Origin: a virus | Lineage: Duplodnaviria > Caudoviricetes | IMG/VR virus record: IMGVR_UViG_2930578203_000001 | Coordinates: 32,001-96,000 of that record | Strand: one strand, 5' to 3' | DNA length: 64,000 nucleotides | Shown here: piece after piece, positions 1-8,773 of the stretch | Numbering within the stretch: position 1 is the first letter of the stretch | Layout: each line of letters begins with the position of its first letter | Notes under the pieces: model-generated | What the model was told of the DNA's origin: nothing | Seen by the model: only the letters and a program-made list of their open reading frames with translations | The model's database searches: none | Program-made: the position numbers and the translations under genes

Positions 1-1131
1 TGGGTCCTTGGACGCGTCCTTGGCCGGGCGCACGTACCTCTCCCGGGGGATTCGCGAACCCTTCTTCCAGCGGCCGGCCTCCTCGAGTTCTTCGTCCGTC
101 GCGCCGTTCATGCCGAGGTCGGTGGCGCCGCCGGCGCGAAGGCTGTGCGAGGACACGGGACGGCCGTCTGTCTTGAGCCCGGCCGCCCCAAACCACAACT
201 TCACGCGCTCGTTGACGGTCTGCGGGCGCAGGTAGGCACCGCGCTTGGTGGCCCCCCGCCTCTCCCGGGTCTCCGCCGAGGCGACCTTGCCGCTCCGTAG
301 AACCTCCCGGAATACGGGGCCCGTGGTGATGCCCTGCTCGGCGAGGTAGCGAACCCAGCGGCGCAACCGGAAGACCAAGTTGAGGTCCGGCCGATCGTGG
401 AGAACGAGCGTCTGTTCCTCGCCCTTGTGGGTCTTGTCTTCAGCGAGCCATACCAACACTCGGTCGTCGAGGATGGTCACGTCCTCGAGGTCCAGGTCAA
501 CGTCTTCGATACTGCGGCCGAGGAACCGGTACCCGAAGGCGAACATCGCCGAGTCGCGCCAGCCAATCGGCCGGTTGTCGGCTTCAGTCTTCTCCATCAT
601 CGGGACCAGGTACGGCAGCGTGATGGGGAACGCTTCCTTCCTGCGCAGCGCCCGCTTGTTCTTCTTCCGGTACTGCGTCAGGAGCAGCAGGAAAAGGCTG
701 TTGTCCGGCTTCTTCCCGGGCGGCATGGACGTCCGGATCAGCGACATGTAGTGCCGGATCGTGGTGACCTTGAGCCCTCTCGCCATCAGGTGGCGGCCGT
801 ACTCGGTGTACGTCGCCGTCGTGCACGGTTTCGCCACCCGCCCCTGCTCCGCACACCACGCCTCGAACAGTCGCATCGCCGTACGCCGCTGCGGCGAACC
901 TTCCTCCTCGGCCTCCTTGAGGGCCTGGGCGGTCTCCTCGCTGACGTACAGGTCCCGCTCGGTGTACGTCGCGCGCGGGTCGTCACTGGTTGGGATGCCC
1001 TCGCCGGGCATCAGGACCGTGTGCGCGTCGACGAGCGGGCGGGCAGCCGGCGCCGTGCGCCCCAGCTCCCCGCCCTCGACGATCTCGGCGTAAACGACTT
1101 CCTCGTCCACGTCCTGGTTTCGCAGGCTCAC
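1..1131 (-). CDS. Tyrosine recombinase (Cre-like integrase/resolvase), runs off the left edge
   Basis: Manual translation (not in the ORF track): GYRFLGRSIED (R), EDKTHK (K), SSHSLRAGGAT (HxxR), AGRWKKGS (Cre-type W), ERYVR (Y). GTG start at 1131 overlaps the upstream stop (GTGA). Confidence 0.9.
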   Translation of the reverse strand, partial: MSLRNQDVDEEVVYAEIVEGGELGRTAPAARPLVDAHTVLMPGEGIPTSDDPRATYTERDLYVSEETAQALKEAEEEGSPQRRTAMRLFEAWCAEQGRVAKPCTTATYTEYGRHLMARGLKVTTIRHYMSLIRTSMPPGKKPDNSLFLLLLTQYRKKNKRALRRKEAFPITLPYLVPMMEKTEADNRPIGWRDSAMFAFGYRFLGRSIEDVDLDLEDVTILDDRVLVWLAEDKTHKGEEQTLVLHDRPDLNLVFRLRRWVRYLAEQGITTGPVFREVLRSGKVASAETRERRGATKRGAYLRPQTVNERVKLWFGAAGLKTDGRPVSSHSLRAGGATDLGMNGATDEELEEAGRWKKGSRIPRERYVRPAKDASKDP

Positions 1132-1490
1132 GCTGGAGCCGCGTCTTCCATCGCCTTCCTCCGGAGCGGAAGCAACAACGCGTGCAGGGTGATGATCTGC
1201 GAGGCGGTGGCTGTACCCGTCTCGGTGAGCTGCCGGACCAAGTGAAGGAGGCTTCCGGGCCCTTGCAGGTCCCGCCTGTACAGCAGGACCCGGGCGTTCT
1301 GGTCTCGAGGGAGCCGAGTCGGGAAGTGACCGATGCTCGCCGCGGCCAGCCCTTCCTCGATCCTCTCGAGGATCCGCGCTCCAGCAACCTGTTCGCCCGC
1401 CATGGTCAACAGCTCGAACACGCCTGTCTCGCGATACCCGCCGTCCGTCTCAAGCATCGTGGCGTACTTCTGCCAGCGTGTGTCTGTCAT
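1128..1490 (-). CDS. Hypothetical protein
   Basis: ORF from MTDTRWQKY; translationally coupled to both neighbours. Confidence 0.65.
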   Translation of the reverse strand: MTDTRWQKYATMLETDGGYRETGVFELLTMAGEQVAGARILERIEEGLAAASIGHFPTRLPRDQNARVLLYRRDLQGPGSLLHLVRQLTETGTATASQIITLHALLLPLRRKAMEDAAPA

Positions 1491-1675
1491 CGCGCAGTTC
1501 CTTCTGTGGCCGCCACGAACGAGGCGACCCACTCGTCCATGTCATCCGGCATCGGGTGCGGGTTGGGCTCCGGTGGGCGAATCAGGCGGAGCATCGTCCA
1601 CTGCTCCACGGGCACGCGCTCTGCGCGCGTGCCCACCGGGTAGCGGGCGTTCCACTCGTCTGCGTTGATGTTCAC
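1487..1675 (-). CDS. Small hypothetical phage protein
   Basis: GTG preceded by GAGAGGG; NADEWNARYPVGT; ATGA overlap with the next gene. Confidence 0.55.
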   Translation of the reverse strand: MNINADEWNARYPVGTRAERVPVEQWTMLRLIRPPEPNPHPMPDDMDEWVASFVAATEGTAR

Positions 1676-1683
1676 GGTCCCTC

Positions 1684-2631
1684 TCACTTCTTCGTGTAGA
1701 CGGTGCCGCAGTGGAAGCACAGGGCGACCTCTTCATCGGGCTCAGCGCGGGTGTTGGCCAACATCACTCCGTCCTGCCCGCAGGCTGGGCAATTTTGCAG
1801 TCCGGCCGTGTCGTCCTCGTCGAGGACTTCCTGCCAGTAGGACACGGCGGCGTCTGTGGGCGATTCAAAGGTCCGCAAACAGAACCGGCAAGCCACGGGA
1901 CTGTCGCCTACCACCAGAGCTACCCGTCGGCAGGACGGGCAGTGCACCACGCGCTCGGCGACCTCGTCCAGGCCGCCGGCCAGGTCCTGCTCGCGCTTCT
2001 TGACGAGCACTTCGATGTCCCGCAGACGTCTCCGGACGGCTTCCATCGTGGTGGCTACCTCCGTCGCTTCGGTCGACAGGCTCCGCTGCAGGTGACGCGG
2101 AACGAAGTCGATAAGGAAGCTCAGCACTCCGGCCGCGCGTGATTCGACGGCGTAGGCGCTGGCCTTATGCCCGTAGTGGGTCAGAGCGTTCCGAGTCTTC
2201 GCCAGGTCGCCAATGGCCTTGCGTTCCTTGGCGGTGATCGACACACCGACGATCTGCGTGAGGCGGTCCAGGGCGGCAGTTGTGCCGCAGCTATCGAAGC
2301 TGCCCGACTCGTACGCGGCGCGCGTGGCATTGCCCGGGTCCTTGAAGACCAGGCTCCAGTGCTCGCGCACGAGGCGGGCCTTGAGCAGTACCTCGGTGGC
2401 CGCCTGGAGATGGAGGACGCCGTACTTCAGGTGGCGGTCGCTGAGCCAGAGCGGGGCTGGCTGGGAGAACTGCGGGTGCTTAGCGGCTTCGGGCCACAGC
2501 GACCCCGCGTCCATCGGGACCTGAATCTTGCCCGTCAGGTACAGCACCGCGCTGCTGAGGTAGTCCATGCCGTTGCGCACCAGAGTGAAATCCATCTCGG
2601 GACGCTCGGGCAACGACTCGTCGCTGGGCAA
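1684..2631 (-). CDS. HEPN-like protein with C-terminal Zn-ribbons
   Basis: LHLQAATEVLLK helix and RNALTH (Rx4H); CPSC/CRFC/CPAC/CFHC pairs. Confidence 0.6.
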   Translation of the reverse strand: MPSDESLPERPEMDFTLVRNGMDYLSSAVLYLTGKIQVPMDAGSLWPEAAKHPQFSQPAPLWLSDRHLKYGVLHLQAATEVLLKARLVREHWSLVFKDPGNATRAAYESGSFDSCGTTAALDRLTQIVGVSITAKERKAIGDLAKTRNALTHYGHKASAYAVESRAAGVLSFLIDFVPRHLQRSLSTEATEVATTMEAVRRRLRDIEVLVKKREQDLAGGLDEVAERVVHCPSCRRVALVVGDSPVACRFCLRTFESPTDAAVSYWQEVLDEDDTAGLQNCPACGQDGVMLANTRAEPDEEVALCFHCGTVYTKK

Positions 2632-2673
2632 GTCCCCTCCCGGGGGTCGGTGACTGACGTGGCGCCAAGATTA

Positions 2674-2699
2674 CCGACAACAATCACAGTTGTTGTCGG
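2674..2699. promoter_or_regulatory. Perfect inverted repeat CCGACAACAA-N6-TTGTTGTCGG in a divergent intergenic region
   Basis: Read directly from the sequence; function inferred. Confidence 0.6.
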
Positions 2700-2736
2700 C
2701 TACTCATCAGTAACACCGTAGAGTCTTCCTCGAAGG

Positions 2737-2781
2737 GCGGAGAGCACCGCCCTGAGTCCCGAACGAAGGAGCACCGCCATG
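2737..2781 (+). repeat. Conserved ~45-nt leader repeat, copy 1
   Basis: GCGGAGAGCACCGCCCTGAGTCCCGAACGAAGGAGCACCGCCATG; similar copies at 3605-3646 and 8670-8713. Confidence 0.85.
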
Positions 2782-2967
2782 GCGGGCTGGATCAACAGCA
2801 CCCAGCAGCAGCGCGACCACAACGGGCAGCGGAACATCTGCGCCGCAGACGGCCAGCCCGGCACCGACGCCGACCCGCTCGTGAAAACGACCGACGGATA
2901 CCGCGTCCACCTCTCCGACACCACCGACCCGGCCAACGGCTTCTACGGCCAGCAGCAGGTGAGTTGA
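2779..2967 (+). CDS. Small hypothetical protein
   Basis: AAGGAG RBS, 62 aa. Confidence 0.6.
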   Translation: MAGWINSTQQQRDHNGQRNICAADGQPGTDADPLVKTTDGYRVHLSDTTDPANGFYGQQQVS

Positions 2968-2968
2968 G

Positions 2969-3244
2969 ATGCGCACCAAGTTGCGACTCCTTGCCTGGGC
3001 CTTGGGCCTCCTGGCTCTCGCCCACCCCGCCTTCGGCTCGTTCGCGCTCGACCTGCTCGGCATCGCCGTCGCCATGGCCGCCACCGCGGTGGGCGCAGTT
3101 GTCGGATGGGCCCTGGCGAACATCTCGCTGACCCTCACGGCCGTGTCCGGGGTTCTCCTGCTTCGCGCGTTCCCTGGCGTTCCGCGCTGGTTCCGCCATT
3201 CGTGGGTCGCTTCGGTCGCTGCCGTCGCCCCCGAAGAGGCGTAA
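2969..3244 (+). CDS. Small membrane protein
   Basis: Highly hydrophobic 91-aa ORF directly after the previous gene. Confidence 0.65.
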   Translation: MRTKLRLLAWALGLLALAHPAFGSFALDLLGIAVAMAATAVGAVVGWALANISLTLTAVSGVLLLRAFPGVPRWFRHSWVASVAAVAPEEA

Positions 3245-3321
3245 CAACCCGCCTGTTCGAAGCGTTCGATTCTTCGCTCAGAACGATTCTCCGCTCAGCC
3301 CTGCCGAGGAGCACAACTTGC

Positions 3322-3552
3322 ATGCCCGTCTCAGAAGCGCCAGAGCCGTCAGCCGAAGAGGTCGTGAAGGGACTATTCGAGGAGACCGGACTTCACCCGT
3401 CCCTCGTTCCCACTTACACCGCCGCGGTGCTCGCCCTGCGCGACCGCGAGAAAGCCGCGGAACTCCGCGCAGCCGGTTTCGGCGCCGCCGCTGATTTCAT
3501 CGAGCCGGACTCTGCCGTCATTGCCGAGGCGTTCGGCCGCGAGGACCAGTAG
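3322..3552 (+). CDS. Hypothetical protein
   Basis: GAGGAG RBS, MPVSEAPE start. Confidence 0.55.
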   Translation: MPVSEAPEPSAEEVVKGLFEETGLHPSLVPTYTAAVLALRDREKAAELRAAGFGAAADFIEPDSAVIAEAFGREDQ

Positions 3553-3604
3553 CCCCAACTCTCGCGCACCGCGCGACCGTACGGCGCCCGGTGCGCGAGT
3601 TCCA

Positions 3605-3646
3605 GCGGAGAGCACCGCCGGAGTCCCGAAGGAAGGAACCGCGATG
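3605..3646 (+). repeat. Conserved leader repeat, copy 2
   Basis: GCGGAGAGCACCGCCGGAGTCCCGAAGGAAGGAACCGCGATG. Confidence 0.85.
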
Positions 3647-4555
3647 TCCCGTCGCAAGATCGTCACCATCCTGCTCCCCCCGCCCGAGCCGGAGCCGGAG
3701 TACGAGCTGTACCAAGAGCTGAGGCACGACGCCGAGTTGAGGAGCCGGCCTCCGCTGGGACCGGACGACCTTCGGCGCATGACGGAGGTGTCCGCGCGCC
3801 GCGGCCGCGACTGGTGCACGGCCGTACTGGGGCGGGGCTTCCCTGGGATCGAACGCGTTTCCAGCGTCGACGGCTGGATGCTGGTCGCCGCCGACGAGCT
3901 GAACCTCGACCCGCCGCTCCCCCGCCGAATCGTCGAGGAGCGAGAAGCCGCGGAACAGCGGCGCAAGGCCGAAGCAACCCTGGCCGCGGTGAAGTTGGAG
4001 ACGGAGAAGCGCCAGTGGGACCTGCTAGTCGGCAGCGCGCCCGTCACGCTGACCGTGCACGAGAACACGCGGCACACGGGCCCGAATGGCTCCACCCGGC
4101 ACGCCGTGCCCCCGGCCGACGTCGTCTCCGGAAAGGCGCGGAAGCATCCCGCGGACAGGGGGCTGTGCGAGACGCCCGACCGCGCTGACCCACTGCACCT
4201 GGGCGATGCCGTCGACCTCCCGCCCAACTGCGTGCGCTGCCTGGACTACGCAGCCAAGATCCGCGCCGCAGACGCTCCGGCCCCGCCGACGGACGCCGAG
4301 GCGGCCCTGCTACGGCTCATCTCCTCCGGCATGGTCTTCACCTTCAGTGTCCGCGGCTGCATCACGATCCGAGACACCAGCCAGCGCAGCCGCGCCGCCT
4401 GGGGGCACCTGGGCCGGAAGGTCGACGTCGCGGTGAAGAAGCTCCAGAAGAAGGGCTGGGTGTCCCAGGACCAGGAGTACGGCGCGACGCAAAAGGGAGT
4501 CCGCGGCCACCGTTGGCGACTCACCGAAGCCGGTACCGCCGCACTGGAGGGCTGA
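3644..4555 (+). CDS. Hypothetical protein (Cys/His cluster, possible C-terminal winged helix)
   Basis: ATG within the leader repeat; H..LC...CVRC; VKKLQKKGWV...WRLTEAG resembles a wHTH wing. Confidence 0.65.
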   Translation: MSRRKIVTILLPPPEPEPEYELYQELRHDAELRSRPPLGPDDLRRMTEVSARRGRDWCTAVLGRGFPGIERVSSVDGWMLVAADELNLDPPLPRRIVEEREAAEQRRKAEATLAAVKLETEKRQWDLLVGSAPVTLTVHENTRHTGPNGSTRHAVPPADVVSGKARKHPADRGLCETPDRADPLHLGDAVDLPPNCVRCLDYAAKIRAADAPAPPTDAEAALLRLISSGMVFTFSVRGCITIRDTSQRSRAAWGHLGRKVDVAVKKLQKKGWVSQDQEYGATQKGVRGHRWRLTEAGTAALEG

Positions 4556-4559
4556 CGCC

Positions 4560-5195
4560 ATGGTCCGCATCACCGCCAAGCAGTACCGGGAAATCCTGGC
4601 GCAACGCCGCCGCGGGGCTCAGCCTCCCGCGGCGGCGGCCGCCGTCCCGAAGAAGCCGGCCGCGTCCCCGGGCCCACCGTCCATCCCGACGCCGCCCGCG
4701 GTCGAGCCGCTCCTCGCCGGGCTTCCCCACCCGGGACGGCACTGGACCCTGCTCATGCCGTACGCCGAGGAGATGCTGACCAGCAACAAGCGGTACCGGC
4801 ATTGGAGCGTTGAGCACAGCATCCGCAAGCGGCTCCGCGCGGACGCCACCGGCCTCAGCCGACCCATGCAGATACCACAGCTCCAACGCGCGGCCATCTT
4901 CTACGTGCTGCACCCGCGGAAACTCAACCGCTCCCGAGACCCCGGGAACTGGGCCCCGACCGCGAAGGCGTACGTCGACGGCTTGGTGACCCCCAACCCG
5001 GATCTGCCTCGCCTTCGTCACCTTCTCCCGGACGACGACCACGAGCACCTGCTCGGCCCGAACCCCCTCATGGGTGCGCCCGTAGAGACCGGCTTCGCCC
5101 GGATGTCCCTCGTCATCGTCGAACTTCACGGCACGCTGACCAGCGCGAACGGCGAAACCGTAACAGGAACCGGCACTTCGACGTACAGGAACTGA
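4560..5195 (+). CDS. RusA-like Holliday junction resolvase
   Basis: LTSN...RDPGNWAPTAKAYVDGL...LPDDD pattern of phage RusA-like nucleases. Confidence 0.7.
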   Translation: MVRITAKQYREILAQRRRGAQPPAAAAAVPKKPAASPGPPSIPTPPAVEPLLAGLPHPGRHWTLLMPYAEEMLTSNKRYRHWSVEHSIRKRLRADATGLSRPMQIPQLQRAAIFYVLHPRKLNRSRDPGNWAPTAKAYVDGLVTPNPDLPRLRHLLPDDDHEHLLGPNPLMGAPVETGFARMSLVIVELHGTLTSANGETVTGTGTSTYRN

Positions 5196-5235
5196 GGGCT
5201 GGCCCGCCCTCACCTCAACGAGGAGATGCCCCTCC

Positions 5236-5877
5236 ATGAGCACCAGACACCCCGTGTCCCTCCAGATCTACGACCGCAACGGCGTACCTGAGCACACGCC
5301 GATCTGGGACCGGGCGCGCTCCGTCAACACGGTCATCGCCGCGTTCGCCCGCGGCGGCACCCTCCTCGACCGCGACGGCGTCGACGAGCGCCTCGCCGAG
5401 ATCGCTGACAAGGCCGCGTGCTCGCTCCTCCGCGACCGCTGGAAGGACGACTTCCAGGTCGCCGCGTACGGCGAACTGCTCTGCACCATCGCCGCCCTGC
5501 GCGAAATCCTCGGCTACTCCCCCACGCCCACGGCCGTTGAGGTCTTCGACTGGGCCCGCCAGCAGAAGCAGAAGGCCGCCGAGGCGATCGACGGCCCCGT
5601 GCAGGACTTCGTCATCCAGTTCCTCAACGGGCCGTACTCCGGGGTGATCCTGACGTTCCCGGGCGAAACGCAGGGGCCGGGCGGAGGGCCGGGCCTATCC
5701 CTCACCGTCCCGATCGCGTGGGGGGACGACAGCGACCCCGGCCGCGGTGAAGCCCGGTACGCGCGGACCGAGGAGCCCACCGGCGAAGGACTGTGGCTGT
5801 ACCGGCTTGCTGAAGACGTTCCCGACGGCGCCCGCCCGCACATCACCGTCCCGGACCGGAAGGGCGTCCGCGCGTGA
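5236..5877 (+). CDS. Hypothetical protein
   Basis: GAGGAG RBS; GC-rich third codon positions. Confidence 0.65.
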   Translation: MSTRHPVSLQIYDRNGVPEHTPIWDRARSVNTVIAAFARGGTLLDRDGVDERLAEIADKAACSLLRDRWKDDFQVAAYGELLCTIAALREILGYSPTPTAVEVFDWARQQKQKAAEAIDGPVQDFVIQFLNGPYSGVILTFPGETQGPGGGPGLSLTVPIAWGDDSDPGRGEARYARTEEPTGEGLWLYRLAEDVPDGARPHITVPDRKGVRA

Positions 5878-6116
5878 TATCCCTGCTTACCGCCGTCATC
5901 CCGTCCCCCGCCGCCGACGCCGCTCACGACGCCGCGCACGCGACGGCCGCCCGCTTCCGACAGGGCGCCTACTCCGTGCCGTGCCCGGAGTGCCACGTCC
6001 CGGCCGGCGTGCTGTGCCTCGCCCGACGCGACGTGCACACCGCCCGTCGGAACGCATACCGGCAGAACCCCGAGACCACCGGCTTCGTGCCCCTCCTCGT
6101 GGCGCGTGTCCGATGA
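5874..6116 (+). CDS. Small phage zinc-finger protein
   Basis: CPECHVPAGVLC...VHTAR; GTGA coupling. Confidence 0.65.
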   Translation: MISLLTAVIPSPAADAAHDAAHATAARFRQGAYSVPCPECHVPAGVLCLARRDVHTARRNAYRQNPETTGFVPLLVARVR

Positions 6117-6373
6117 GCGAAACCACCGCGGCCGAAGCCGCCCGAAAAGCCGCCACCTGGGCGCACTGCGCCGAGGACGCCAACAAGTACGCGCACGACC
6201 ATGAGCAGCAGGCGAGGGAGCACGCGGTCCAGCGGGACAGCGGCCAGGCCGCCGCCTACACGTCGCGGGCCGAGGAGTGGGTGCGGCTTCGCGGCACGGC
6301 TGTGGACATGGCGAACATGTGGGCCAACGTTGCCGGCGCCCTGCAACTCGCTGAGCTGGGTGAGCACTCGTGA
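6113..6373 (+). CDS. Hypothetical helical protein
   Basis: ATGA coupling; MSETTAAEAA start. Confidence 0.6.
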   Translation: MSETTAAEAARKAATWAHCAEDANKYAHDHEQQAREHAVQRDSGQAAAYTSRAEEWVRLRGTAVDMANMWANVAGALQLAELGEHS

Positions 6374-7035
6374 CGGCCCTCGCGGTAGAGGCCCCAGCAG
6401 CCCGGCCCGAGTGGGACGGCCGCCTGGTCGTGCGCGCCGCGGGCCGCCCGCTCCTGCACATCGGCGCCGAGGGCGTCAACGCGCCCACGGTGCCCATGTT
6501 CACCGTGGCGCTGGAGTGCGCTCCGGACGCCGAACAGGCCCCCGGCGTACGGCCGTGGGACGGACCCGTCACCGAAGCGAACATCTGCCCGGCCTGCCTG
6601 CGCTCCCTGCGCGGTGAACCGGAGCCCGAGGCGCCCCGCCTCGTCCCCGCCGGCGTCGTCGAAGCCCTGCCCCAGCCAGTTCCCGAGCCAGCCCGCGACG
6701 GCCGCCACCTCCAGGCCGTTCCCAACCTCCCGGTGTACGCCGAGGCGCCTCTGCCCGCCGAGCACGGCGGCCGCCCGATCACCTGGTCCCGCTGGACGAC
6801 CGCGCCCGTCATCACCCACCACGATCCCTCGTGCGAGTGTTGCGGGGACCCGGGCCCCGGCGAGATGGCCGGCGGCCGCCAGAGCAACCCGATGTCGCGG
6901 ACCGACCCCTTGCGCCGCTACGTCGCCTACCGCTGCACCGCGTGCCAGGAGATGACCGCGTACGAGCAGGTCGGCAGCGAGCTCAACACCATCGCACATC
7001 ACAAGTCGCGCGCCCCGAAGGACTGCAACCGATGA
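6370..7035 (+). CDS. Hypothetical Zn-binding protein
   Basis: CPAC, CECC, CTAC motifs; coupled at both ends. Confidence 0.65.
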   Translation: MTALAVEAPAARPEWDGRLVVRAAGRPLLHIGAEGVNAPTVPMFTVALECAPDAEQAPGVRPWDGPVTEANICPACLRSLRGEPEPEAPRLVPAGVVEALPQPVPEPARDGRHLQAVPNLPVYAEAPLPAEHGGRPITWSRWTTAPVITHHDPSCECCGDPGPGEMAGGRQSNPMSRTDPLRRYVAYRCTACQEMTAYEQVGSELNTIAHHKSRAPKDCNR

Positions 7036-7295
7036 GCACCACCCTCACCCTCGTTCGCGACACCAGCATCCTCGAGCAGCGCGTCGCCCTGATCGCGTGC
7101 GGTCAGCGTCCCGGCAAGACCCAGGCGTGCGTAACCCACCGCAGCAAGGGCGCCGCCCTGCTGAACATCGCCTCCACGGGGGCCGCGGACGCCCTCGCAG
7201 CGGCGATCTGCGGAACCGGGAAGGGGCCCGCCTGCCACGACTGCAAGGACAAAGCCGCAGGGATCATCAGCGCCTACAACGAGGAGATCCGGTGA
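7032..7295 (+). CDS. Hypothetical Cys-rich protein
   Basis: ATGA coupling; two ACxxC/H-like units. Confidence 0.6.
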   Translation: MSTTLTLVRDTSILEQRVALIACGQRPGKTQACVTHRSKGAALLNIASTGAADALAAAICGTGKGPACHDCKDKAAGIISAYNEEIR

Positions 7296-7750
7296 CAACG
7301 GCCGTAGCGCTCCAGGACGCAGAGATCTTCGACGTGGACGGCACGCTCGTCGACGTCGAACCCATCCGCCACCTGATCAAGGGTCCCGGCGGATTCACCG
7401 CCTTCCACCGCGCCAGCATCAACTGCCAACCGCACCAGTACATCGTCGACGCCGCTCGCGAAGCCCACGCCCGAGGCTGGGCTGTGCTCATCGTGACCGG
7501 TCGCGATCGACGCTGGGAACGGCTGACCGCCATGTGGCTCGCCCTTCACGGTGTGCCGTCCGACGGGCTGTGGATGCGCGGCCGCGGAGACTACCGCCCG
7601 GACTACGTCATCAAGCGGGAGCTGCTGCGCTCCATCCGCCGGACGTACAACGTGGTCCGCGCCTGGGACGACAACCCGAACGTCATCCGCCTGTGGCACG
7701 AGGAGGACATCCCCGTCGAGGTGGTCCCCGGATGGGTGGACGAACAGTGA
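7292..7750 (+). CDS. HAD phosphatase resembling the T4 Pnk (PseT) 3'-phosphatase domain
   Basis: IFDVDGTL, IVTGR, LWMR..DYRPDYVIK, AWDDNPNV motifs. Confidence 0.8.
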   Translation: MTTAVALQDAEIFDVDGTLVDVEPIRHLIKGPGGFTAFHRASINCQPHQYIVDAAREAHARGWAVLIVTGRDRRWERLTAMWLALHGVPSDGLWMRGRGDYRPDYVIKRELLRSIRRTYNVVRAWDDNPNVIRLWHEEDIPVEVVPGWVDEQ

Positions 7751-8061
7751 GCCAGCCCGGGAACCACGAGATCACCGCCGCCGATCTGGCGACGGGCGAA
7801 CTGTCCTACGCGCTCCCCCTCGAAGGCTGGAGCGGCATGACACTGCACTGCCAGGTCGACGCCATCGGCCCGTCCGACCGACACCCCGACCTCGTGAAGC
7901 TCGAGGTGTCGTTCCCCCTGGTGGCGCGCGCCGGAACCAACTGCCCGACGTGCGGACCGACGACTCCCGAACAGCGTCACCGCCGCCCGGGAGTGCAGCG
8001 CTGCTCGAACTGCAAGGAGCACCTGGGGCCAAACCCGCTCGTCGACGGCGCAGTCCTGTGA
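7747..8061 (+). CDS. Hypothetical protein with Zn-ribbon
   Basis: CPTC...CSNC; GTGA coupling. Confidence 0.55.
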   Translation: MSQPGNHEITAADLATGELSYALPLEGWSGMTLHCQVDAIGPSDRHPDLVKLEVSFPLVARAGTNCPTCGPTTPEQRHRRPGVQRCSNCKEHLGPNPLVDGAVL

Positions 8062-8259
8062 GGGGCATCTACCACCTGGTCACCGACGGGCTCACCCAGA
8101 CCACCCCATGTAGGAAGCTGCACCAGGTGCATGAGGTCGTGATCTGGCAGCTGTGGCCGAGCGAACTCGCCCGCGACTGGCTCGGGCTGGAGCTGCGGCC
8201 GCTGCCTCTCCTCCCCCGTACGTGCGGACGCTGATGGAGACCGCCCGCCCCCTCCTCTC

Positions 8260-8291
8260 ATCTCGCCGAGATTGAGTAATCTCGGCGAGAT
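8260..8291. promoter_or_regulatory. Perfect 14-bp inverted repeat ATCTCGCCGAGATT-GAGT-AATCTCGGCGAGAT
   Basis: Read directly; each arm is itself a palindrome (ATCTCG-N-CGAGAT). Confidence 0.65.
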
Positions 8292-8329
8292 CTTCCAATC
8301 TCCCCAAAAGATCGTCACAATGAGGGCTG

Positions 8330-8611
8330 TTGCTGATCACGATGGGAGTGCCGATGCCGGCCGACACCGACTCACCACGAGTCCTACGGCTCACGTTCGA
8401 GTTCCACGTCCCGCGCGGCCTGCGGGTCAACATCCGGAACGACCGCCGTTTCACCGCTGTTGAAGCCTTGATTGCCGCGGTGCAGAGCCTCGCCGGTCAG
8501 GTCTTTCCGTGGGCCAGCAAGATGACGGTCCGGCACGAGTGGTCCTACGCCTGGTGGGACGAGACCGTGGAACGCGAGTTGCCGACCACGGAGAAGAACA
8601 CACCGAAGTAG
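8330..8611 (+). CDS. Hypothetical protein
   Basis: 93-aa ORF with globular composition; start uncertain. Confidence 0.55.
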   Translation: MLITMGVPMPADTDSPRVLRLTFEFHVPRGLRVNIRNDRRFTAVEALIAAVQSLAGQVFPWASKMTVRHEWSYAWWDETVERELPTTEKNTPK

Positions 8612-8669
8612 CCGCGGCCGCGCGACAGATCCACAACCGAACACCTGGCGTCATGGCCAGACCCCACCG

Positions 8670-8713
8670 GCGGAGAGCACCGCCGGAGTCCCGAACGAAG
8701 GAACACCGCGATG
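8670..8713 (+). repeat. Conserved leader repeat, copy 3
   Basis: GCGGAGAGCACCGCCGGAGTCCCGAACGAAGGAACACCGCGATG. Confidence 0.85.
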
Positions 8714-8773
8714 CCCTCGCGCACTTCACTCCCCTGCCGTCTCTCCACTCTCACCCTGTCGAGGTGAGGTGAC

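Noticed and set aside
2737-8713. Leader repeats as a CRISPR or attC-like array
   Set aside because: Only three copies, irregularly spaced by kilobases, each ending at a start codon; no cas or integron-integrase signature.
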